Shown piece by piece: positions 49,260 through 59,106 of a DNA stretch of 64,000 nucleotides (positions within the stretch are counted from its first letter, which is position 1; each line of letters starts with the position of its first letter). The stretch comes from an uncultured delta proteobacterium (GTDB taxonomy: Bacteria > Desulfobacterota > Syntrophia > Syntrophales > UBA2185). The notes under the pieces are model-generated. The model saw only the letters and a program-made list of their open reading frames with translations, did not search any database and had not been told where the DNA came from. The DNA lies in contig OY970063.1 in the NCBI GenBank assembly GCA_963705275.1, positions 668,438 through 732,437 on the forward strand. Reading direction: 5' to 3'. The position numbers and the translations under genes were made by a program.

Positions 49260-50360
49260 GTGACTGATGAATTCTATATGAAACGGGCCCTCAGGCTTGC
49301 CCTGAAGGGAGAGGCATGGGTGAGTCCTAATCCCATGGTGGGTGCCGTCATTGTGAAGAAGGGCAGCATCATCGGAGAAGGATATCATGAGAAATTCGGG
49401 GGCAATCACGCCGAAATCAACGCCATCAATCATGCCACCGAGCCAATCAAGGGCGCGACCATCTATATTAACCTTGAACCCTGCACCCATTACGGGAAAA
49501 CTCCTCCCTGCATAGAAAGGATTACTGCCGCCAGACCTGCAAGAGTCGTCATCGGGACCACTGATCCCAATCCCGTAGTCGCAGGTAAAGGCATCGAAGC
49601 CCTCAACCGTCACGGCATAAAGACAACGGTGGGCGTTTTGGAAGAACTGTGCAATGAGCTCAATGAACGGTTCTTTAGATTCATGCGGACGGGAATTCCT
49701 TTCGTAACCCTCAAGTTCGCTCAAAGCATCGACGGAAGGATTGCCACCGCTTCTGGTCAATCCCGCTGGATCAGCTCCGAGCAATCGCTTAAATTTGCTC
49801 ATGCATTAAGAAGTCATCATGATGCTGTACTCATTGGCTCTGGCACCTTATCTAAAGATGATCCGGAATTGACTGCCCGCCTAGTCAAAGGCAGAAACCC
49901 CCTGAGGGTTGTTGTCGATTCCCATTTGCATATATCTCTCGATGCACGAATTCTAAAAGATCAGGACGGGGCAAAGACAATAGTCGCAACTACCATCCAT
50001 GCGAGCCGCGATAAACGCGCCCAGCTTATTGATCGTGGTATTGAAGTGATGGCAGTTGACACCGATAAAGACCGCCGTGTCGATCTGACGAGACTTCTTT
50101 TTGAACTCGGAAAGAGAAATATATCATCCGTCCTTGTTGAAGGAGGTGCGGCCATTATCACATCGATGTTAGTGGAACAGATACCTGATAGAGTGGTGAT
50201 AATCATAGCACCGAAAATCATAGGAAAAGGGATTGAGGCTGTCGGCAATCTGGGTACAAGAAACATAGATGAATCGCCGACGCTCCATTATACGAAAATT
50301 CGCAGACTCGGCGATGACCTGATTGTCGACGGAAGAATCAAGAAGAACAGTTCATCTTAA
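49260..50360 (+). CDS. ribD: Bifunctional riboflavin biosynthesis protein RibD (pyrimidine deaminase/uracil reductase)
   Basis: GTG start 7 nt after AGGAGGA. Deaminase zinc motifs HAEINAI and PCTHYGKTPPC. C-terminal reductase domain. Confidence 0.95.
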   Translation: MTDEFYMKRALRLALKGEAWVSPNPMVGAVIVKKGSIIGEGYHEKFGGNHAEINAINHATEPIKGATIYINLEPCTHYGKTPPCIERITAARPARVVIGTTDPNPVVAGKGIEALNRHGIKTTVGVLEELCNELNERFFRFMRTGIPFVTLKFAQSIDGRIATASGQSRWISSEQSLKFAHALRSHHDAVLIGSGTLSKDDPELTARLVKGRNPLRVVVDSHLHISLDARILKDQDGAKTIVATTIHASRDKRAQLIDRGIEVMAVDTDKDRRVDLTRLLFELGKRNISSVLVEGGAAIITSMLVEQIPDRVVIIIAPKIIGKGIEAVGNLGTRNIDESPTLHYTKIRRLGDDLIVDGRIKKNSSS

Positions 50361-50403
50361 GAAATAAGCGGCAAAGCAAAATTCATTTTCCCTATAAGCA
50401 CCG

Positions 50404-52218
50404 TTGACGGAGGAAACCTTGGCGGAAAAATTTGTTAGTGAAAGAAATATCAGATTTTTGCTCTACGAGGTCTTTGACGCAGCCTCGCTTCTGAAATATC
50501 CACGCTATGCCGATCATAGCCGCGACTCTTTCGACATGATCCTTGAGACGGCCCTTAAACTGGGAAAGGACCTCTTCAAACCCACGCTGCAGGAAATGGA
50601 CAAGAATCAGCCGGAATTTGTGGATGGCCGGGTTAAAGTTCATCCGAAGGTGAAAGAGATCATGCAGATCTGCGGCGCAGGCGGCTGGATATCCGCCACG
50701 GCCCCTCAAGAATTAGGCGGGCAAGAGCTGCCGGTGATTTTGGGATTTGTCCCCATGTTCATCTTCTCCGCAGCAAATTATGCAGGGAGCGTGTATCCCT
50801 ACCTCACTGCCGGCGCCGCCCATCTCATCTATTCTTTCGGCAATGAAGAACTCATCAATACCTACATCCCCAGGATGTACGCAGGCGACTGGCAGGGGAC
50901 TATGGCTCTCACTGAGCCCCAGGCAGGAAGTTCTTTGTCTGATATAACTACCCTTGCTGAACCCAGTGACCACGGGTATTACCGGATAAGGGGACAGAAA
51001 ATATTCATATCCGCAGGGGATCATGACGGTGTGCAGAACGTCGTGCACCTTCTTCTTGCGCGGATTGCCGGAGCTACTCCAGGCGTAAGAGGCATTTCTC
51101 TTTTCGTCGTCCCGAAGATGAGACCCGATGATAATGGCCCACTCGTATTTAACGATGTCCACGTCGCGGGTATCTACCATAAGATGGGTTACCGCGGGGC
51201 GCCCATTACCCAGTTGAGCTTCGGCGAGAACGATGACTGCAGGGGCTATCTCGTAGGACAGCCGAATCGGGGACTCTCCCACATGTTTCAGTTGATGAAC
51301 GAGGCGAGAATTGCCGTAGGAATAGCAGCAGCCGGCATTGCGTCCGCCGCCTATTACGCGGCATTGGAATATACGCGGGAACGGCCCCAGGGACGGCCGC
51401 TCGCTGCCAAAGACCCTTCGTCTTCTCAAGTTCAGATCATCGAGCACCCTGATGTCAAGAGGATGCTTCTCTTCCAGCGTGCCGTTGTTGAAGGCTCCCT
51501 TTCACTCCTCATGCAATGCGGCAAATATGTCGATTTGAAAAGGGTTCTCGAAGGGAAGGAGAAAGAAAAATATAATCTTCTTCTGGAAATTCTCACACCC
51601 GTGGCCAAGAGTTATCCTGCGGAGATGGGAATCCTTGCCGTAAGCCAGGCCTTGCAGTGTCTCGGCGGCTATGGATACTGCGATGAGTTTCCCTTGGAAC
51701 AACTCTACCGTGACGCGCGCATCCATCCCATCCATGAAGGAACCACGGGTATTCAAGGCCTCGACCTCCTGGGCCGTAAGGTGCCCATGAAGAACGGAGA
51801 GGCGGCCATGCTGCTTATTCAGGAGATTGAAGAGACCATAGCGATCGCTAAAGAGGAGCCAGAGCTGCAGCCTCGCGCGCGAGAGCTCAAAGAGGCCACG
51901 GATAAACTAAAGAAAGTCACGGCACATCTGGTCAGCCTTGCCATGCAGGGAAAGGTGTACCTATTCTTGGCGGACTCAACACTATATCTGGAATTCTTCG
52001 GCATCATAACTATAGGCTGGCAGTGGCTCCTCCAGGCCATTGCAGCCCGGAAGTCCCTAAGGTTGAATCCCACTGGTATGGAGATGAATTTCTATCAGGG
52101 AAAGCTATATACCTTCGAATATTTCTTCCAGTACGAGCTTCCCAAGATCGAGGGTCTCACCAAGACTTTGCTTGCAGGTACGGGGATAACATTAAATATC
52201 AATAAAGATTTTTTCTGA
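50404..52218 (+). CDS. Acyl-CoA dehydrogenase (long form with an extra C-terminal domain)
   Basis: 604 aa. ACAD middle-domain pattern (ALTEPQAGSSLSDI), catalytic region (YRDARIHPIHEGTTGIQ). Confidence 0.85.
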   Translation: MTEETLAEKFVSERNIRFLLYEVFDAASLLKYPRYADHSRDSFDMILETALKLGKDLFKPTLQEMDKNQPEFVDGRVKVHPKVKEIMQICGAGGWISATAPQELGGQELPVILGFVPMFIFSAANYAGSVYPYLTAGAAHLIYSFGNEELINTYIPRMYAGDWQGTMALTEPQAGSSLSDITTLAEPSDHGYYRIRGQKIFISAGDHDGVQNVVHLLLARIAGATPGVRGISLFVVPKMRPDDNGPLVFNDVHVAGIYHKMGYRGAPITQLSFGENDDCRGYLVGQPNRGLSHMFQLMNEARIAVGIAAAGIASAAYYAALEYTRERPQGRPLAAKDPSSSQVQIIEHPDVKRMLLFQRAVVEGSLSLLMQCGKYVDLKRVLEGKEKEKYNLLLEILTPVAKSYPAEMGILAVSQALQCLGGYGYCDEFPLEQLYRDARIHPIHEGTTGIQGLDLLGRKVPMKNGEAAMLLIQEIEETIAIAKEEPELQPRARELKEATDKLKKVTAHLVSLAMQGKVYLFLADSTLYLEFFGIITIGWQWLLQAIAARKSLRLNPTGMEMNFYQGKLYTFEYFFQYELPKIEGLTKTLLAGTGITLNINKDFF

Positions 52219-52348
52219 GAGGATGACTTGAGAGTTCATATCCGTGTGGGATATTGAAACTATCTGCTCATTGTTTGACCTCCTGGAGGGATCCACTTGT
52301 TCGCCCTTTCCTTTCTGCCAGAATTAGATTGCGCTTGTATATTTCCGG

Positions 52349-52376
52349 ATGAACCGGATAAACGGTTCATTTTATC
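52349..52376 (+). terminator. Intrinsic terminator-like hairpin after the acyl-CoA dehydrogenase gene
   Basis: ATGAACCG-gataaa-CGGTTCAT followed by TTTATCG. Confidence 0.45.
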
Positions 52377-52582
52377 GTCCTCTTGCTGCTTTCATTCATC
52401 CCCAGGATGACCCAAAAATAAGATTTTCCCCCCAAACGAAATCCACCTCACCCTTATGGACTGTCCCCATAATAACCGATAATAAATATCTGATCGGTCT
52501 CTAATAAATACTGATATGTCGCTGGGTGGATGATCATTAATAATTAAGAGAATAGATCAAATCCCCTGCCAAGGATCACGTT

Positions 52583-54514
52583 ATGAAAAAGGAAAGGGCA
52601 TCGGTAAGCGTTCCGCCGGACAAACCTGACATTTGCCCCGCATCCAAAATAGCCGGACTTTCTGCACCTGTCATTTATCGCGCAGCCAACGGTGCCGCAA
52701 TAGACTTCCATTCACCGGAGTTTAATATCACCGACGATCTGAACGACATTTCAGGAGACTACCGATTCTTCGAACCTCTCGATGGCATTGTCACGTCCGA
52801 CATGCGGCATCAAATGGAGCGCCTGCACGCGGAGGAATGTGAAGATGCCCCCGCACATGAGACGCCCGCAGCGAGGAAAAAAGAACGAAAAGCAAAGAGA
52901 GATGAGACTAAAGCCCCTGAAGATACATCGCCTCTCATAGTGATATCCGAAGGGAGAACCCTGATCATAGATACGGATGTTGTACGCGCCGGCAAATGCG
53001 CCGATATCCTCAGTGAAGAGCAGTTGACTTGCACCCTGGTCGTGACAAGAAGGACAGCACAAGACGCGCCTCTTTCCTGGTTCGACAGGCTCACGCTTAT
53101 TGAGGCGGATGACGTATCGATTAGTGGTGCCTTCGGTGGGTTTTCCGCAACGGTGAGCGTGAATGGGGAGCAAAGGCCCCTGGCGGGAGGATTTGACCTT
53201 GTCCTCGATCTCAGGCCTGCTCCATCCTTTGCAGGAACACGTCTTCCTCTCGGGTATTATGCACCCGGGATCAATCAGGAAAGGCTGAATCGAGCGATGG
53301 CGGAGGTTTCGGAGATGAGGGGCCGATTCCGGAAGCCGCATTTCATGACTTTTCTCAGGAGCCGCTGTTTCCACGGCCGGTCGCGCACGCTTGACTGCCG
53401 ACGGTGTGTGGATGTCTGTCCGTTTGGCGCCATCAGATCTGAGGGCAGCAGGATTTCCATTAACCATTATCTCTGTCAGGGCTGCGGCGGCTGCGCCTTG
53501 GTCTGTCCGGCAGATGCGATAACGCAGGTTCACCCCTCCCCGGAAGAATTGCTGAATATCTTAAGAAGAAGACTGGCAGAGCGCGAAACAGGCCCCTCTT
53601 TCCCGATGACCGTAGTCATCTCCGATGGAGGAGCTGCATCTATAGACAGCCTGTCGCGCGAAGGCGGAACTATTGATGGCCTTACAGTAAATTTCAAGGT
53701 GGAAGAAATCGGTCACGTAGGCGTGGAGGCGATCCTCACCGCTTTTTCTCACAGCACCGATAATGTCATAGTTGCGTGCGATAGTGGAAACCCACGGAGC
53801 ATCGCGGATGCAGTTGCCTGGCAGGCGGAGATGGCCTGCGCCATCCTGAAGGGGTTCGATATGCCGGTGGACAAATGCCGCTTTGTCGTCGCTGCCGACG
53901 AGAGTCCATTCGATGAGGAGACTCCAAAGACGGCCGACCTTGACGAAGAGGCGTATGAAGCTCCCGAGCTGAGTCGGGAACCTTCCACCGGACAGGCAAG
54001 GAGTGCACGTATCCGCCAGGCCGTTCAGCATCTTTATGACACATCCGGCTGTCGTAAACCGTGGATTCCCCTGCCGGCGGGCTCTCCGTTCGGCGGAGTG
54101 GCAGTCGACCCCAGCGCTTGCACACTGTGCATGGCTTGCGTGGCTGCGTGCCCCTCTGGCGCTCTCTCTGCGGGCGGCGATGTGCCGCGTCTTCTCTTTG
54201 TCGAATCGCGCTGCCATCAGTGCGGCCTTTGTAGAGAGACTTGCCCCGAGCATGCAGTACAACTGATTCCCCGGATGATGTGCGGCGCAGAGCAAGTCGA
54301 GACGCCGGTCGTTCTCTGTGAGGCCGAAGTGTCACGATGCCTCAAATGTAACGCCCCCTTCGCGACAAGACAGATGGTAAACCGCATGACAGAGAAACTC
54401 AAGAGTCACTGGATGTATGCTAACGAACGGCAATTACAGAGGCTCAAGATGTGTCGTGTCTGTCGCACCCGCGATGCCCTTGCTTCGGAGGATATGAGGC
54501 TATGGAATCGGTAG
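52583..54514 (+). CDS. Large 4Fe-4S cluster-binding protein of the formate dehydrogenase locus
   Basis: 643 aa. Four ferredoxin-type motifs (CRRCVDVCP, CQGCGGCALVCP, CTLCMACVAACP, CHQCGLCRETCP). C-terminal CLKC...CRVC pair. The N-terminal ~250 aa lack cluster motifs. Confidence 0.8.
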   Translation: MKKERASVSVPPDKPDICPASKIAGLSAPVIYRAANGAAIDFHSPEFNITDDLNDISGDYRFFEPLDGIVTSDMRHQMERLHAEECEDAPAHETPAARKKERKAKRDETKAPEDTSPLIVISEGRTLIIDTDVVRAGKCADILSEEQLTCTLVVTRRTAQDAPLSWFDRLTLIEADDVSISGAFGGFSATVSVNGEQRPLAGGFDLVLDLRPAPSFAGTRLPLGYYAPGINQERLNRAMAEVSEMRGRFRKPHFMTFLRSRCFHGRSRTLDCRRCVDVCPFGAIRSEGSRISINHYLCQGCGGCALVCPADAITQVHPSPEELLNILRRRLAERETGPSFPMTVVISDGGAASIDSLSREGGTIDGLTVNFKVEEIGHVGVEAILTAFSHSTDNVIVACDSGNPRSIADAVAWQAEMACAILKGFDMPVDKCRFVVAADESPFDEETPKTADLDEEAYEAPELSREPSTGQARSARIRQAVQHLYDTSGCRKPWIPLPAGSPFGGVAVDPSACTLCMACVAACPSGALSAGGDVPRLLFVESRCHQCGLCRETCPEHAVQLIPRMMCGAEQVETPVVLCEAEVSRCLKCNAPFATRQMVNRMTEKLKSHWMYANERQLQRLKMCRVCRTRDALASEDMRLWNR

Positions 54515-55155
54515 AGCAGAAAAAGACGGCGCCGGCATGGTTCGACCAGTATGCGAGTATCCGCGCGGATGTCTACGTCATACTCGCTTCGCTTATGGTG
54601 GGCCCACCCTCAGAAGACAACCTGAACGTGTTGAAACATATGGAATGGGACGATGATGTCTCTGAAAAGATGCATGAAGTCCTCCTGGCGCTCCGCAGCG
54701 CCAGCCGCGACTACCAGCCTACGGCTGTGAGGGAAGAATACAACAGGCTCTTCGTGGGTCTCGGATGCGGTGAAGTGATTCCATATGCATCGTGGTACAG
54801 GGAAAGGGCGATCCAGTCGCTGCCGCTAGCCTCCCTGCGCTCCGACCTTTTCCGTCTGGGCATTGTGAGGCAAGCGGACAACCATGATTTCGAAGATCAT
54901 GCGGGCGCCCTCTGTGAAATAATGGCCCTCATCTCCCAGAGGCCGAATGGCGAGTCATACGAAATGCAGGCGGGATTCTTCGAACGTCATATAGCATCAT
55001 GGATGACGGCCTTCTTCAAGGACGTAGAGTCTGCCAAAAGCACCGGATTCTACCGGGCGGTTGGCTCACTTGGATGCCGCTTTCTCGAATCCGAAAAAGA
55101 ATATTTTAAGAACGGGTCAAATGTCGATGTACGTACAAAAAAAAGGAGGAGCTGA
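54502..55155 (+). CDS. TorD/DmsD family molecular chaperone
   Basis: The start is placed at MESVEQKK (GGAGGA 9 nt upstream; 13-nt overlap with the Fe-S gene). EYNRLFVG...EDHAGALCEIMA pattern of redox-enzyme maturation proteins. Confidence 0.8.
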   Translation: MESVEQKKTAPAWFDQYASIRADVYVILASLMVGPPSEDNLNVLKHMEWDDDVSEKMHEVLLALRSASRDYQPTAVREEYNRLFVGLGCGEVIPYASWYRERAIQSLPLASLRSDLFRLGIVRQADNHDFEDHAGALCEIMALISQRPNGESYEMQAGFFERHIASWMTAFFKDVESAKSTGFYRAVGSLGCRFLESEKEYFKNGSNVDVRTKKRRS

Positions 55156-55157
55156 AT

Positions 55158-55358
55158 ATGAAGACGGAATTTACGGGCAGCCGGCGGGCATTTATCAAGA
55201 ATGCGGCGATCTTTACGGGTCTTGCAGCATTTCTTGGCCGTGGAAGCCGCTCTGCGGCCGCGACGCCAAGTAAGCCCCCGGAGCGTAAGACTGAATCCAG
55301 TCAGGGGTACCGATTAACAGAGCATGTGAAGAAGTATTACGAGACGGCAAGACTGTAG
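55158..55358 (+). CDS. Small twin-arginine 'formate dehydrogenase region TAT target' protein (FdhX-like)
   Basis: 66 aa. Tat motif SRRAFIKNAA. The C-terminal YRLTEHVKKYY matches, as I recall it, the family motif Y-[HRK]-x-[TS]-x-H-[IV]-x-x-[YF]-Y. Confidence 0.85.
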   Translation: MKTEFTGSRRAFIKNAAIFTGLAAFLGRGSRSAAATPSKPPERKTESSQGYRLTEHVKKYYETARL

Positions 55359-55391
55359 CGCTCCGACTTTCTCGTTATGGAGGTGTGAGAC

Positions 55392-58283
55392 ATGAAACAA
55401 ATAAATAAAAAATGGCTGCAAAAGATATCGTCCGAACCAGCGTCTCCTAAATACATGGGCCGGAGGACGTTCATGAAGGTAAGCGGCGCGGCCCTGGGAA
55501 GCGGAGCCCTGATAGGGCTTCTGCCGTTATCCTGCATGCGGCAGGCAACGGTGGAGGAAAAGAGAAATTTCCCGCGGCCTGAGCTGCAGTCTGAATACAG
55601 GCGAACGATCTGTACCCACTGCTCTGTCGGATGCGGCATCATCGCAGAGCTGCAGAACGGCGTATGGGTCGGCCAGGAGCCGGACTATGAATCACCCTTC
55701 AATCTCGGCGGCCATTGCGCCAAGGGGGCCGCGGCCCGGAGCCACGGGTTCGGCCACAGGCGCGTAAAGTATCCTATGAAACTGGTAAACGGAACCTGGA
55801 CGCGCCTCTCCTGGGATCAGGCTATCAATGAGATCGGCGACAAACTCTTAAAAATCCGGCAGGAATCTGGACCGGACGCCCTTTTCTTTTGCGGGTCTTC
55901 CAAGGCAAGCAATGAGGGGGCCTATCTCCAGGGAAAATTCGCTGCCCTCTGGGGCACGAACAACGTAGACAACCAGGCGCGCATCTGCCATTCCACTACC
56001 GTGGACGGCGTCGCGAACACCTGGGGTTACGGCGCCATGACGAATTCCTACAACGACATGCGAAACAGCAAGGCCATGCTGTTCCTTGGCAGCAATGCGG
56101 CCGAGGCCCACCCGGTGGCTATGCTGCAGATTCTCCGAGCTAAAGAAGGCGGATCAAAGATGATTGTTGTGGACCCCCGTTTCACCCGCACGGCGGCCCA
56201 CGCAGACATTTACGCGAGGATCCGCTCCGGAACCGATATCCCATTCATTTACGGTCTGCTCTGGCACATCTTCAAGAACGGCTGGGAAGACAAGGACTAT
56301 ATCGCCCAGCGGGTTTATGCCATGGACGACATCCGCAAGGAAGTGGAAAAATGGCCCCCCGAAGAGGTTGAAAATGTCTCCGGCATTCCTAAAGACAAGG
56401 TATATGAGATCGCCATGACCATGGCGAAAAACCGGCCGAGCACCATCGTTTGGTGTATGGGTGTTACCCAGCATCATGTAGCAAGTCATACAGTCCGTCT
56501 GTTCTGCATCTTGCAGCTTGCCCTGGGGAACATCGGTATGTCAGGTGGAGGGGCCAATATCTTCCGCGGCCATGACAACGTCCAGGGGGCGACCGACGTG
56601 GGGCCCAATTGCCACACTCTTTCCTGCTACTACGGCCTTGCCGAAGGCTCTTGGAAACACTGGGCCGAAGTCTGGGGCGTCGATTATGAATGGATCAAGT
56701 CCCGCTTCGACATGAGCCGGCAATACGACGCAGGCGGAGGGAAGATGGCATACACCATGAATATTCCGGGCATACCCGTTTCGCGCTGGATTGACGGTGT
56801 GATGGAGGATAAGAACAATCTCTCGCAGAAAGACAACATCCGCGCCGTCTTCTTCCAGGGCCATGCGTGCAATAGCCAGACGCGGGGGGTACACATGAAG
56901 CAGGCTCTCGAAAAGCTGGATATGCTCGTGATTTCCGATCCCCATCCGACCCATATGGCCGTGATGAGTGACCGCAAGAACGACACCTATCTGCTGCCCA
57001 CTGCGACCCAGTATGAGACATATGGCACGGCCACAGCATCGAACCGCGCCCTGCAGTGGCGCGAAAAGATCATCGAACCGCTCTATGAATCCCTGCCGGA
57101 CCATACCATTTTATACAAGCTGGCAAAGAAGCTGGGCTTCGAAAAGGAGATGTTCAAGAACATCAAAGTCGCCAATGACGAGCCGCTCATTGAAGACGTC
57201 TTGCGGGAAATCAACCGCGGAGCCTGGACGATCGGCTATACGGGCCAGAGCCCGGAGCGCCTCAAGCTCCACGCACAACACCGGGGCACCTTCAATCCCC
57301 TCACCCTGAAGGCCGAGGGCGGTCCCTGCAAGGGCGATTATTACGGCCTGCCGTGGCCCTGCTGGGGCAAACCGGAGATGAAGCATCCGGGCACCCCCAT
57401 ATTGTACGACCCCAGCAAACCTGTGGCAGAAGGCGGTCTGGTCTTCAGAGCCGCATGGGGCGCGGACTACAACGGCGTGAGTCTCTTGGCTGCGGACGGC
57501 ATTTATTCAAAAGGCTCGGATATCAAGACAGGTTATCCGGAATTTACCTCTGACATCCTCAAGAAGCTAGGCTGGTGGGATGAGCTGACGCCCGACGAGA
57601 AGAAGGCGGCTGAAGGGAAGAACTGGAAAACGGATCTCTCCGGCGGCATCCAGCGGGTAGTCATCAAACACGGATGCGCTCCTTTCGGCAACGGCAGGGC
57701 CCGCTGCAACGTCTGGACATATCCCGATCCCATTCCCCTCCATCGTGAGCCGCTGTACACGCCCAGATTCGACCTGGTGAAAAAATATCCTACCTACCCG
57801 GACCGCAAGGCATACTGGCGGCTGCCCACCCGCTATCAGTCGATACAGTCGGTAAACCACAGTGCAAAATATCCTCTGATCTTCACAAGCGGCCGTCTGG
57901 TCGAATACGAAGGTGGCGGCGAAGAGGAGCGCTCCGATCCGTGGCTGGCCAAGCTGCGGCCGGAAATGTTCGCGGAAGTGAACCCGAAAGACGCGGCGGA
58001 TGCAGGCATCTTTAACGGCCGCTATATCTGGCTGGAGGGCGCCGAAGGCGGCCGGATTAAGGTGCGCGCCCTAATCACCAAACGTGTGGGTCCAGGCACA
58101 GTCTTCACACCATTCCATTTCGGCGGCTGGTTCCAGGGCAAGGACCTCTATGACCGCTATCCGGAAGGCACTGCACCGTATGTCCGCGGAGAGGCATGCA
58201 ATACAGCGACCACTTACGGATACGATTCCGTGACACAGATGCAGGAAACAAAAGCAACGCTCTGCCGGATATCGCCGGCGTGA
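55392..58283 (+). CDS. fdhA: Formate dehydrogenase alpha subunit (molybdopterin, Tat-exported, Cys-type)
   Basis: Tat motif GRRTFMKV. N-terminal Fe-S motif CTHCSVGCG. The active-site region QARICHSTTV has Cys where FdnG/FdhF carry Sec. 963 aa. Confidence 0.9.
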   Translation: MKQINKKWLQKISSEPASPKYMGRRTFMKVSGAALGSGALIGLLPLSCMRQATVEEKRNFPRPELQSEYRRTICTHCSVGCGIIAELQNGVWVGQEPDYESPFNLGGHCAKGAAARSHGFGHRRVKYPMKLVNGTWTRLSWDQAINEIGDKLLKIRQESGPDALFFCGSSKASNEGAYLQGKFAALWGTNNVDNQARICHSTTVDGVANTWGYGAMTNSYNDMRNSKAMLFLGSNAAEAHPVAMLQILRAKEGGSKMIVVDPRFTRTAAHADIYARIRSGTDIPFIYGLLWHIFKNGWEDKDYIAQRVYAMDDIRKEVEKWPPEEVENVSGIPKDKVYEIAMTMAKNRPSTIVWCMGVTQHHVASHTVRLFCILQLALGNIGMSGGGANIFRGHDNVQGATDVGPNCHTLSCYYGLAEGSWKHWAEVWGVDYEWIKSRFDMSRQYDAGGGKMAYTMNIPGIPVSRWIDGVMEDKNNLSQKDNIRAVFFQGHACNSQTRGVHMKQALEKLDMLVISDPHPTHMAVMSDRKNDTYLLPTATQYETYGTATASNRALQWREKIIEPLYESLPDHTILYKLAKKLGFEKEMFKNIKVANDEPLIEDVLREINRGAWTIGYTGQSPERLKLHAQHRGTFNPLTLKAEGGPCKGDYYGLPWPCWGKPEMKHPGTPILYDPSKPVAEGGLVFRAAWGADYNGVSLLAADGIYSKGSDIKTGYPEFTSDILKKLGWWDELTPDEKKAAEGKNWKTDLSGGIQRVVIKHGCAPFGNGRARCNVWTYPDPIPLHREPLYTPRFDLVKKYPTYPDRKAYWRLPTRYQSIQSVNHSAKYPLIFTSGRLVEYEGGGEEERSDPWLAKLRPEMFAEVNPKDAADAGIFNGRYIWLEGAEGGRIKVRALITKRVGPGTVFTPFHFGGWFQGKDLYDRYPEGTAPYVRGEACNTATTYGYDSVTQMQETKATLCRISPA

Positions 58284-58297
58284 AAAGGAGGTAACTC

Positions 58298-58906
58298 ATG
58301 GCAAGGATGAAATTTCTCTGTGATGCCGAACGATGCATTGATTGCAATGCCTGCGTGACGGCGTGTAATAACGAACACGATGTCCCCTGGGGGATAAACC
58401 GCAGACACGTGGTGACCATGAGTGACGGCGAGTCCGGTGAGAAGTCCATTTCCGTGGCCTGCATGCACTGCACGGACGCACCTTGCGCAGCGGTCTGTCC
58501 CGTCGATTGCTTCTACTTTACCCCCGACGGCATCGTGCTCCACGACAAGGACCTGTGCATAGGCTGCGGCTATTGCTTCTATGCCTGTCCCTTCGGCGCC
58601 CCGCAGTTCCCTGAAGAGAACTCCTTCGCTGCCCGGGGCAAGATGGATAAGTGCACCTTCTGCGCCGGCGGGCCCCTTCCGGACAGGTCTGTTGAAGAAT
58701 ACAAACTGTATGGGCGCAATCGGATAGCCGAGGGCAAACTGCCGCTGTGCGCCGAGATGTGCGCCACAAAGGCCCTACTTGGCGGAGATGGCGATGTCGT
58801 CTCGGACATCTATATCCAGCGCGTGGTCAAACGGGGCGGCAGGCCCGATACCTGGGGATGGAACACAGCTTACAATTTCAAGCCTGAGAAGGAGAAGAAA
58901 CCATGA
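58298..58906 (+). CDS. fdhB: Formate dehydrogenase beta subunit (4Fe-4S ferredoxin type)
   Basis: Four Cys clusters (CIDCNACVTAC, CMHCTDAPCAAVCP, CIGCGYCFYACP, CTFC...C). No signal peptide, so probably co-exported with FdhA. Confidence 0.9.
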   Translation: MARMKFLCDAERCIDCNACVTACNNEHDVPWGINRRHVVTMSDGESGEKSISVACMHCTDAPCAAVCPVDCFYFTPDGIVLHDKDLCIGCGYCFYACPFGAPQFPEENSFAARGKMDKCTFCAGGPLPDRSVEEYKLYGRNRIAEGKLPLCAEMCATKALLGGDGDVVSDIYIQRVVKRGGRPDTWGWNTAYNFKPEKEKKP

Positions 58907-59091
58907 AACGCATATTGTTCATGTTGACTGCATTTGTCGTGCTTGCGGCGATTGTCGGCTGTTCTTCCGAGTCCCGTAACGTAACAATGCACAAGCCCGG
59001 TGTTTACAAGGGCGCGAAGAATCCAGTGCTGGCATTAAAGAATCAGCAGGAGTTGATCGATCGCCTCAAGCTGGTGCAAACGGATCGTTGA
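58903..59091 (+). CDS. Small lipoprotein of unknown function inside the fdh operon
   Basis: 62 aa. Signal peptide plus lipobox AIVGC. ATGA stop/start overlap with fdhB. Ends 15 nt before fdhC. Confidence 0.6.
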   Translation: MKRILFMLTAFVVLAAIVGCSSESRNVTMHKPGVYKGAKNPVLALKNQQELIDRLKLVQTDR

Positions 59092-59106
59092 TCAGAGGAG
59101 GGGTTT

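Noticed and set aside
49191-51447. Minus-strand ORFs 49191..49802 and 50713..51447 overlapping ribD and the acyl-CoA dehydrogenase gene
   Set aside because: The plus-strand frames carry unambiguous RibD and ACAD motifs, and the antisense translations have no recognisable features.
52751-54402. Long ORFs on the opposite strand and in alternative frames within the Fe-S protein gene (for example 52751..53533, 53561..54295, 53766..54335)
   Set aside because: They look like shadow ORFs caused by low stop-codon frequency in this GC-rich interval. Their translations are Arg/Ser/Pro/Cys-biased low-complexity sequence with no motifs and no RBS, whereas the plus-strand frame carries clear ferredoxin motifs. 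The same reasoning applies to 56541..57104, 58105..58543 and 59443..60060.
55392-58283. Selenocysteine codon in the formate dehydrogenase alpha subunit
   Set aside because: The ORF is uninterrupted. The position equivalent to Sec in FdnG/FdhF reads Cys (QARICHSTTV), so this is a Cys-type enzyme.
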